64,000 nt of DNA from Azolla caroliniana (lineage: Eukaryota; Plantae; Polypodiophyta). Shown here piece after piece: positions 12,933 to 23,826 of this stretch (position 1 is the first letter of the stretch; every line of letters begins with the position of its first letter). Under the pieces are notes generated by a model. It did not search any database. It was not told where the DNA came from and saw nothing but the letters and a program-made list of their open reading frames with translations. The stretch is taken from assembly GCA_043228905.1 (NCBI GenBank), contig JBHGNT010000008.1, positions 9,920,001 to 9,984,000 of the forward strand, given 5' to 3'. The translations under genes were made by a program, and so were the position numbers.

Positions 12933-13523
12933 TTATCTTTAGTGTTCTACAAATAGATTTAATAACTATAAGTGCTTTATTTGCGCCTACCTTTATTAAA
13001 AGGTAAATCATGCATTTTTAGAGTGCGTGAATATTTTATAGAAAAACGCAAGCAACTAAAAAGTGACTCATGCACATCTAGCGTGCATGAGCACTATATT
13101 TAGCAAATAAAAGCAAGGATTAGAAAAGCATCACATGCACATTTAGTGTGCATGAACATATTAGAAAAAAGCAGGTAGCTATGCTTAGTCTCTCCTATCA
13201 CTATATAAGGATGGGGAGCACATTGTAGTTTTTGTTGATTATTTTTCTATAATGATCAATCAATCTAAAATATTCGTGGGATTCACGAATTTGCTAAAAT
13301 AATTCTCTCTTACTACCTAAATATTGACTAAATATACTAAACTCGTGGGATTCACGAGATTCTTATCTTATAACTCTTTATACCTATTCTTTACTAGCCT
13401 TATTTGTATTTTTATTTCTCCTAGTCCAAAACCTTGGCGGTTCCCACCCGACTCACGCAACGATCCGGAGCTGAAAGGCACGACACAGTTGGTGAACCCG
13501 ACGTGAAGACGGGTGGAAAGGGG

Positions 13524-15383
13524 ATGGAGAATCAACAAGAGGCGATGAACATGATGATGATGATGGTTGAGCGGATGCAACAAGAACAACGCGTGATGAT
13601 GGAGATGAAGGCGGCAGTAGAGCGGCTTGTGCGACGAAATGGGGAATTCAACGGAAATGATGTGTCACGCTATCTACATGACTACAAGGCGGAGATGATG
13701 CGATGTGGGATACCGGAAGGATTGCAAGTGATATCCTTCAGTCGGGTAGCCACGGATGAGTTACAAGAAAGAATCTACAAGATACGGCAACAAAACTCGA
13801 CATGGGGGTCATTCGAGGAAGCTTTACGAGAGGCATATGATTACAAGAGATCGAAGGGACAAGATCGAAGAGAATTTGACGAATGGGTGGCATCGGAGAA
13901 GACCCAACGAAGTGCAACACAAGCATTCCTAGAGTTCGAGCATCGTTTTGCTTGACTCTCGGAGCGGGAACAACGATTGGTGGGGGAGGATAAAGTCCTA
14001 ATGTTCGTAAAATCGATCGATCGAAAAGAAAGGATGGACATCGGGATCGAACTCGAAGACGATGACGGTACGAATGGTCTTACCGAAGATTGGGCCGAAG
14101 TCCAAAGGGTATGCCGGAGACATGATGAGAGGAAGATGAGAATCTTGTCAATGACATGGCCGATGAAGGATGGTCGATTGAAGACAAACGATGGAGCCGA
14201 AATGAAGGCCAAAATACAACATGATGGTGCGACGGAAGAGGGTGTACAACAAGCTACCCTCTTGTCTTGCGAAAGAACAACGACAAAGGATAAGGCCGAT
14301 AACCCAAGTGTAGAAGAAGATTTCAGAATACAAGTGTCCGAAACATCGGGTGAAAAAGGGGTAAGCATAATTGATGCAGTGAAAGAGAGCAAGGAGGACT
14401 TGATTGAGGAGGTCGCCACGAAAGATGACATCAAATCAAAGGTGGCTATGGACGAATCAACGACGGATGGCCATATCGAGACTTCCCCAACACTGATTCC
14501 AGAGACTCTGGCGGTTGCGTTTGAAAGGCAATGTTAGACCGAAGAGACGGAAGGTGGTGGACAGAAAACAAAGGTCGAAGCCGATGCATACGAAGGAGAG
14601 ATAGCCAAGGAGGTGGCTATGGGTGAAACAACGGAGGACGATAATACCGTGGATTCCTGTCCACTAATTCTAGAGACTTCGGCGGTTGTATTCGAGAACC
14701 AATGTGAGACCGGAGAGACAGGAGGTGGCGGCAAGAAAGGTAAAGTCGGAAGCTGGTTCGGATGGAAGGTGATCCGAACGGGATTCCGATCCGAAAGAAG
14801 GCCGAACGCAAGTATGCATGGAAGCCGACCTAGCCGAAAGCCGATCGGACGAGACCGATCCGGAAAGAAGCTAATCCAACTCAATCGGAGGTTGGACCGG
14901 TCGAGGCTGGTGAAAACGAGGAAAAGAAAGCCAACCGAAACCGAAACCGATAGATCGAAACCGGGCCGGAAGGAGACTGACTTAATCGAAACCGAACAGC
15001 TGATTCCGATTTGGCCGAATACGAATCCGATCGGAAGCCGATCAAACCGAAAGTCGATCGGACGAGAGCGATCCGGAAAAAAGTCAAGGTTGATGAAGAC
15101 AAGAAAGAGGCCAGTAAAAGACACTACCACGAATGACAAGGGCCAAGAATATGACGAGAGAGAACAAAGAATATGGTGGATCGGATGGCGACAATGGTTC
15201 GGGTGGAAAGAATGGGTCTACTCAAAATGGAGAGACAAAGTTGACATAGCGGGACAAATGGAGGATGAAGGGGAGACAACGAGCATCGGCAACTTCAGCA
15301 CATACCGGAGGATGTGCGGGTTCGGAGGGGGCGATTGTTGTAGTGTATTTCGTACACTACGTGAAAAAGTAAAAATAATATAA
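13524..15383 (+). pseudogene. Gag-like ORF with a long charged/low-complexity tail and two in-frame stops
   Basis: ORFs 13434-13955, 13977-14537 and 14613-15383 are in one frame, separated only by TGA (13953) and TAG (14535). The N-terminus FNGNDVSRYLHDYKAEM...TWGSFEEAL resembles Gypsy capsid. Confidence 0.7.
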
Positions 15384-18300
15384 CCGATTTAATTACATAT
15401 AAATAAATAAAATCAAAATATCAAAATATTTATCACGTGCGTAGGGCAAGATTCAAACCACATACTTCCACGTAGCCAAACCTCAACTTTACCATTATGC
15501 TACCTTATCTTTAGTGTTCTACAAATAGATTTAATAACTATAAGTGCTTTATTTGCGCCTACCTTTATTAAAAGGTAAATCATGCATTTTTAGAGTGCGT
15601 GAATATTTTATAGAAAAACGCAAGCAACTAAAAAGTGACTCATGCACATCTAGCGTGCATGAGCACTATATTTAGCAAATAAAAGCAAGGATTAGAAAAG
15701 CATCACATGCACATTTAGTGTGCATGAACATATTAGAAAAAAGCAGGTAGCTATGCTTAGTCTCTCCTATCACTATATAAGGATGGGGAGCACATTGTAG
15801 TTTTTGTTGATTATTTTTCTATAATGATCAATCAATCTAAAATATTCGTGGGATTCACGAATTTGCTAAAATAATTCTCTTTTACTACCTAAATATTGAC
15901 TAAATATACTAAACTCGTGGGATTCACGAGATTCTTATCTTATAACTCTTTATACCTATTCTTTACTAGCCTTATTTGTATTTTTATTTCTCCTAGTCCA
16001 AAACCTCGGCGGTTCCCACCCGACTCACGTAACGATCCGGAGCCGAAAAGCACAACAGCGTTCCAGTGCAATCGGCTAGGGTTGTGCATGAATCTGCTGA
16101 CGACTCCTACGGCATGGGAAATATCAAGCCATGTCGCGACCATCGCATACATAATTGAGCCGACTGTCGGTGCATACGGTACCGACTTCATATCTTCCCC
16201 CTCCGAACCGGATGTCGGGCAGTCTCACTGAGAGAGCCGAAGGTTAATGGGGAGCGGGGTCGAAGCAGACTTAGCCGAGTGCATGTTGAAGCGTTCCAAG
16301 ACACGTCCGATGTAGTTGGTTTGAGACAAGAAAAGTTGTCATTTATCGCGATACCGACTAATCTTCATACCAAGTATGTGTCTTGCCGGACCGAGGTCCT
16401 TCATGGCAAACTTCAACCGCAGTTTCCGAACGAGTTTGGTGAGCTCTCTGGCATGTTGGCCGAGAGGAGCATGTCGTCCACGTAGATGATGAGGAAGATG
16501 GGAGACCCGTCTTGAGTTGTTTTTGTGAAGAGACAGTCGTCCTCATCGCTCTTTGAGAAGCCGACTGATTGGATGAAGTTGTCAAACTTCTTGTACCACT
16601 GTCGAGTGCCTGTTTCAGGCCGTAGAGACTTTTCCTGAGTCGGCAAACTAGATGTTCCTGGACGGATGCCACAAAGCCTTTTAGCTGCTCCATATAGATT
16701 TCCTCCTATAGATCACCATGGAGGAAGGCCGTTTTTACATCTAGCTGAATCAGCTCCAAGTTGTCGGCAGCCACGACGCCGAGCATGAAGCGAAGGGTCG
16801 TCATTTTCACCACTGGTGAAAAGATTTCGTCAAAGTCAACGCCATATTCTTGTCGAAATCCCTTCGCAACTAATCTGGCCTTGTACTTTGGGTTGGTCGA
16901 GTTGGACGTCTCTTTTAGTCGATAGACCCACTTACATGGAAGAGCACGTCGATTCTTCGGTAATTCGACTAAGTCCCAAGTCTTGTTTGCCCGAATGGAG
17001 TGCATTTCCGACTCCATCGCCAGATACCATGCGGTGGAATCGGCAGATGTCGATGCTTCTTCGTAAGACGTCGGTTCACCGGCGTCAGTGAAGAAAATTC
17101 CGGGAGAGTACCTCTTTAGAGGTTGCGACAGTCTCTCGGATCTGCGAGGTATGACTGAATTGGTCGCACCGGGTGTCGATGTCGGATGGTCGGGAGCCGA
17201 GCCATTCGGTTCTGCCGAATCGGTGGATTCGGTGCGAGAGTTGTCAATTACCCGTGAAATCGATCTTGTGTTGTGGGCTGGGCCGTCATGAAGGGTTGGC
17301 ACTTCGGAAAATATTACCCTTCGGACTTCAATAGGCCTTTCGGTCGTTTTATGCATAGCCGACTCATTGAACACGACATTCGAACTTCAGACGATTTGTC
17401 TGTGCTCGGGGTCCTAGAGTCTATATCCGATCTCGCCATCAGGTCCATGCACAAGGAAAACGCATTTCCTTGATCTAGGTTCGAGTTTCTGGCAATCGTC
17501 TTTCGGTATGAGGGTGTATGCCTCACAGCCGAAGATCCTCAGCTTGTCATAATTCGGCTTACTGCCGGTCCATATTTCCTGAGGTATTTGAAGTCCTAGA
17601 GGTCTACTTGGCGACATATTTATTATGTGTATTTCCATAAGTAGAGCCTCCGCCCAGAAGCCATCCTACAGTCCGGAGTGTTGGAGCATGGATACTACGC
17701 GTTCTTGAATCGTCTGATTCATGCGTTCTGCAATTCCGTTCTGCTCCGGACTATAGGGTGTCGTATATTCACATCGAATGTCGTGTTCCCGGCAAAATTT
17801 GACGAATTCGTCAGACTTGAATTCTCCTCCATTATCAGTTCGGAGACATTTTAATTACCGACCGGTCTGGTTTTCGACCATTGCAAGCCATTCGGAGAAG
17901 ATCGAGAACACCCGATCTTTGGTTCTGGTGGGGTAAGCCCACACCTTCCGAGTCGAGTCGTCAATAAAACTGACGAAGTACGAAGCACCGCCGAGAGACT
18001 GATGTGGCATCGGGCCATAGACGTCCGAGTGGACCAAATCGAGGGGACTCGATTCTCTTGGTGTTGATGTCGGATGTGATGCGGCTACCTATTTGTCGAA
18101 CTGGAAATGCTAGGAGAATTGGTGATCCGAGAAGGAGAGTTTCGGGATGTAACCGGCTCTGGATATGTGCGTTATGCCGGCCTTGCTGAGGTGTCCAAGT
18201 CGTCCATGCCATAACGATGACAGGGGGATATCTACCAAAAATAACTCACCCTCTTTGAGTGTGACATATAAAGGATACAAGGAATGTACCTTTGGTCCTC

Positions 18301-20293
18301 GAGCAAGCAGGAGGTTCCCTTTGTCGAGTGTCCACCCTCCTGATGAGAATCCGGCACAGATGCTGGCTTCGTCAAGCTATCCGACTAAGATCAGGGGTCT
18401 TGAGAGCTCAGGAACGTGTCAGACGTTGTGTAGTACGAGCATAGAGCCACCCGGAAGGTTGAGCTCTACAGTGCCGATTCCGATTATAGCACAATGTTGG
18501 GAGTTTCCGACTCGAACTGAGTCAGAGTGCCAGTCCGAGTATTGCTGAAACTGAGATCGGTGAGGTGTCACATGATACGATGCGCTCGAGTCCAAGATCC
18601 ATGTGCTCGATTCCTCAGTCGTAAGCCGAACTTCTGATTCGACTGGGTTCTCTATGGACAATATGTTCGGGTCGGTCGTCAAAATTTCAGTTGAAGAGCC
18701 GACATAGTTGACCTCCTCATGCCGGCTACTCTTCTGATCCGCTCTCTGAGCTTTGTCGGTTTTTACTTTGAGTGCCCGGCAATCGGCTTTGATGTGTCCC
18801 GGTTTCTTGCAGTAGTTGCAGATTTGGTTGTCCCGGGACTTGCTCCGGCTTCGCTGATTGTTCGGCGGTCGGGAAGAACTTCTTCCCCGGTTGTTCGATC
18901 AGTTGGTCGAACCTTGTACTACGTAAGCTTCATCTGCCGAGTCTTTGGAGAAAGACTTTCTCCAAGCTGCTTCAGTCAGGATTGCGCTCGTGACTTTGGA
19001 GTACTTAACGGCAGCTGTTGAAGCATTGCACACGGTTGTAACGAAAGTTTCCCATGAAGAGGGGAGGCTACTCATGAGTATCATTGCTCTGAGTTCATCC
19101 TCGATTGTCGTCCCCTGAGACGAGATTTGGGAGCTTGTGCTTTCATACTCGTTGAGGTGTGCCTAAACCGAATCGGATTCTTTCATCCGCAAGTTGTAGA
19201 GGCGCCGGATCAGATACATCTTCGTTGCCGCGACCTTCTTTTCATAAGTTTCCAACAATGGTTTCCAAAGTTCAAACGTTGTCGTGCATGATTGCACTGT
19301 GAAGTACACTGACTCCGACAAGTGCATCGAATCGTGGCTCGGACGATTCTATCCAGCTTTAGCCACTCGTTTGCCTTGTATGCTTCTGGAGGATTTTCAT
19401 TCTCAATCGGGTCTATCTAACCCTTGACTATGAGATAGTCATGCATTTGTTCCTTCCAGAAGTTGAAGTTTGAACCGTCAAACCTCCTTAGACTCATCTC
19501 CGATGAGCCGGATGTTGATTCCATCTAATTCGGTTTCGGTTGGGAAGACTCGGTTCGGTGTTGACTACGAACCTTAGCGGGGTGCAGCTAGTTGGCTCAC
19601 CCGATATCGTTCTAGTCGGTTTTGAACTCGAGTTGGTTTTGTTTTGGATACTTGTTGCTGAACTTGCTCGGAGTGACTCCGGTAACTTGAGGGACAGAAT
19701 CAGTTGGTCTTCCCGAATGTTGCCGAGTCGAAGTGAGCCCGGTTAGCTTCCGATTGTATGCCGAATACCGATTACACGAGACCGATTGTTTGGACCGATT
19801 CAGCTTCGAATGACTGCAGCGATGAGAGGGACGGATCCAACTGATCCTCCCGAATGTCGATCAACCGAATGAAGCACGAATTTGGTTGGTTGTTTCGAGA
19901 CCAATCTGCAACGGGTGGTTACAACAAGCTGGTGAATAGCGTCCGGTGACCTATTCGGATGTTGTTTAACCAAATGAAGCACGATTGGGTCGGTTATTGC
20001 GCAAGAAGCTCCCCTCAAGCGGTTACAATCACAGGAACAGAGTACAACCGACTGGCTTACTCCAATTTGTGATTTAACACAGTGAGATGCAAGCTTTTTG
20101 TTTTTCTTCTCCCTTCTCTGTTCTTCAAGAAGTTATAAAAAACAGAATGTTGTGGTGTACGATGACGGCCGGCAACGGGTTGAAGAACCTCCAACGCTCA
20201 GATACCAAATGTTGGGGACAAGGCCGTCAATGTGGAAGAACAGACAACGTCTGTGATGGTGAAGAACCTGCATATGCGAGTTAACACTAGATA

Positions 20294-20337
<44 letters not shown>

Positions 20338-20958
20338 CACAAAGAAATAGAATTTTATTTCTCAATAGCAACAACTACAAGAATTACAAAAAACAACAAC
20401 CACTAACGGGTTACAAAGTCACTTTATATAGTGACTGTCCTAGGGCAACTGCCCTTTGTGCTATTTATAGAAATAGCCCAAACTTGGGTTGTCCAAGGGG
20501 ACAGTGTGAATACGGCCATTATACACTCGTATTCGACAAATCCACCATCGGATTGTTTGTGTGTTTCCAACCAAGAGAGCCCTAAAAAAATTGGATGTCG
20601 AGGGGTTGCGATGAGATGGAATGTTAATACCTCTTGGTGGAACCCGACTTGAAGTACCAACGGGACAGTGGCTTCAGTAACCGCCCCCGAATAGAGAACC
20701 CATTCGTCGATAGCTTCAACGGATATGGGTTGTGTTGTGCAGACAGTGGGGATTTTATGTGTTCGGACGAATGCGATATCGATGAAACAAGTAGATGCAC
20801 CATAATCGAGCAAGGCATGGGATTTTATTGAAATAGACCCAAAACAAGGACTTACTTGCAAAGTAAAACCTCCTACTAGCGTGACTGAATTGAAGGAGCA
20901 CAAAGAAGTAGGGCGACGGGAAGTGTCCAATGGCATGGCTCCTACTACAACCAGACTT

Positions 20959-21126
20959 GCTCGTTTTCCTGTTGTCTAGAAACCTCCGCAAGACGTGCAC
21001 GATCGTTTTCTTGTTGTCGAGAAACCTCTACAAGACGTGCACGATCGTTTTCTTGTTGTCGAGAAACCTCTACAAGACGTGCACGATTGTTTTCTTGTTG
21101 TCGAGAAACCTCTACAAGACGTGCAC
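20959..21126. repeat. Four tandem 42-bp repeats at the chromovirus gag C-terminus / gag-pol frameshift
   Basis: Unit GATCGTTTTCTTGTTGTCGAGAAACCTCTACAAGACGTGCAC. It encodes RARLVEVSRQQEND on minus. Confidence 0.95.
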
Positions 21127-23826
21127 AGTGGGATTGATGACCAGGGTCGCACATTGGGCAATGGCGGATGACATGGCGGGGGGTACCACAATAGAGATAG
21201 AGGCCATTGTCATGTTGATGTTGCCGTTGGACATCAAATATGTTGGGAAATCGGTCTCTCCGGATGGGATCCGGTGATGAATAAAGAGAGTCGATGGGAA
21301 CCGGAAGAGATCCAGAAACCGGATCGGTGAACCCGATGAGAACCGGAAGAGAAGACAGATTTGTAAATATGTCTTGAATAAGCCCATTGAGGCTATATTT
21401 GTAAATAGCCCTAAGTTCATATAACTATAAATATGACTTAGGGCAATCAATTTATGTAGTTGTGTGATTGTGTTGTTGTCATATTGCTGTATTTGTTGTA
21501 CAAAGAGAGAGAGAGGGAGAGAGAGATACAGAGCGATACTCTGTTGTAACCGCCACTGTGCGAAGAAACAAGGCTCGAGGTTGTTGCCTCCAAGTCTCTA
21601 ATTGTACCCGTTCTCTTCATTGTGATAGTTCGGAGTCTGTGGGCTCCTGTGGTTTTTCCCTATTAGGGTTTTTCACATAAACATCCTGTGTCACTTTCTT
21701 GTGTACTCTCTACTTCCCATTTCTGTGTTTGATTCTTATAGAAGAGACTTACTACTCGGTTATGGCCGAGTGATATTCCATGCATTTCTCTTCAAACTGG
21801 TATCAGAGCGAGGAACACAGAAAATGGAAGAATCTTACGGCGGCATGTTCAAGCTCACCGGCTCCAACTACTCAGTGTGGAAGTCGAAGATGAGGGACAT
21901 GCTGGTGGTTAAAGATCTTTGGTTGTCAGTTCAGTTCAGGGACAAGAGACTAGATAAGATCAATGCCACGGTGTGGGAGGTAATGCACATGTAGACAACG
22001 GCATACATCTGGTGCTTCATCGACATGAGCTTGTACAACAACTTCAATGAAGAGAGAAAGGCTCATGAACTCTGGGAGAAGAGCGGCATCATGTTCCAGA
22101 ACAAGAATGCCGTTAATCGGGCTTCGGTATTTGGGAAGCTAGTGAGGCTCCGGTACCAAGACGGCTCCAGTATGGCAAAGCACATGAATGCCTTCCAGGG
22201 GATGATACACCAAGCAACCTCGTTGGAAGTACCTTTCGCCGATGAGGTACTTGCTCTACTCATGTTCGGTTCCCTCCCGAATAGCTGGGAGACGTTAGTT
22301 GTCAGGTTGGGCAACGCCGGGCCGGAAGGAAAACAACTATCCCTAGCAAGAGTCAAGTCGAGCTTGCTAGATGAGGAGGCGCGTCGGAAAGACAAGGAGG
22401 TGATCTCCGACGCCAAAGCCCTCCTTACCGAATCGGAACGCGGAAGACAAAGGAATCGGAGTCCCCAGAACAAGGAAAAGTCGGGGACATGGTCAAAGTC
22501 AAGGGGGAGGCCCACTTGCTTCTATGGCAGCAAGCCGGGGCACTTCCAGAAGAATTGTCGGCATTTCCGGAAAGAAAAGGGAATCGACAATACCGATTCG
22601 AAGAAGTCACTGGACTGAAATGGTTCGGATCGGCGAGGCCCGGACCAGAAGGGAATGACGGTGATCATGGCAAGTGAAGAAGAACTAATGCTCTCACCGA
22701 GGACAGTGAGTTGAACCTTGCCGTCGACGAGACAACGGGGGTTGTCGACTCCGGAGCGTCATTCCACCTTACCCTGGACCGGAAATGCTTCTCATCCTAC
22801 ACAACCAGTGAGCACGGTTGTGTCCAAATGGGGAATGAAGGGACATGCCGAATTATCGGCATAGGAGATGTGTTGTTGACGACATCAACCAGATGCAAGT
22901 TGTTGTTGAAGGATGTCTGACACGTTCCGGAGGTTCGACTGAACCTGATATTAGCCGGTCGGCTAGATGATGAAGGCTACACAGGTAGCATCCAAAATGG
23001 TGTCATGAAGTTCTGCAAAGGGAGCTTAATAGTGGCTGCGAGCCCGGAAGGTCAACACACTGTACTTGATGAATGCCCGGATATGCCGAAAAGAAGTGAA
23101 CGTAGCATCCAACATTGCCAGTGAGTTGTGGCACAAAAGACTGTGTCACATGAGTGAGAAGGGGATGGAGAGGCTTGTCGAAGACAACCTCATTCTGGTG
23201 AAGGACGTGCAACTTGAGAAGTGCACCGATTGCTTGGCCGGCAAGCAAAACTAAACCTCCTTCCAATCAAGACCACCGATGAGACGGAATGCACCACTAG
23301 AGTTGGTGCATACCGATGTGTGTCAAGTGGACACAAAGTCACATGCCGGATCACAGTACTTTGTTACGTTCATAGATGACCACAGCCGGAAGTTGTGGGT
23401 CTCATTGTTGAAGACGAAGGATCAGGTGTTATCCGTCTTCAAGGAGCTCCATGCAAAAGTGGAAAGAGAAACCAACCGGAAGCTGAAGGTGGTTCGAGCA
23501 GATAATGTAGGAGAATACCGGAGGCAGTTCGAGGAGTACTTCCGGTGAAGGTGAATCCGGCTCGAATTCACTGTGCCGAAGACGCCAGAACTAAACGGGT
23601 TGGCCGAAAGGATGAACTAGACCATAATGGAGAGAGTCTGAAGCATGCTTGCACATGCCAAGCTACCCAAGACGTTTTGGGCTGAGGCGCTAACGACGAT
23701 GACCTATGTGATAAATAGATTACCCTCAGTACCCTTGGACGGAGACTCACCGCAGAAAGTATGGACCGGTAAGGATGTGTCTTACTGGCATCTGAAGGTG
23801 TTCAGGTGTCTCGCATACGTGCACGT

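Larger units (their letters stand above)
12764..16057 (+). mobile_element. Non-autonomous gag-only LTR element, 722-bp LTRs, tRNA-Trp PBS, 4-bp TSD
   Basis: LTRs 12764-13485 and 15336-16057 (about 10 mismatches). TSD GCGT splits the Copia codons HWNA|VKH. PBS TGGTGAACCCGACGTGAA at 13490-13507 matches the plant tRNA-Trp 3' end. PPT GGAGGGGG just before 15336. No pol domains. Confidence 0.93.
11692..20538 (-). mobile_element. Full-length degenerate Ty1/Copia element inserted in the chromovirus protease
   Basis: LTRs 11692-12004 and 20210-20538 (about 16 substitutions plus an AG-repeat length difference). TSD AATCC (11687-11691 / 20539-20543). Met PBS 20196-20207, PPT 12005-12011. Gag ATG 19524, protease [56 protein letters not shown]. 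Confidence 0.95.

Noticed and set aside
13841-15139. Long antisense ORFs in the gag-only element, and 27224-28015 opposite Copia pol
   Set aside because: These are shadow frames of the sense coding sequence with no independent motifs.
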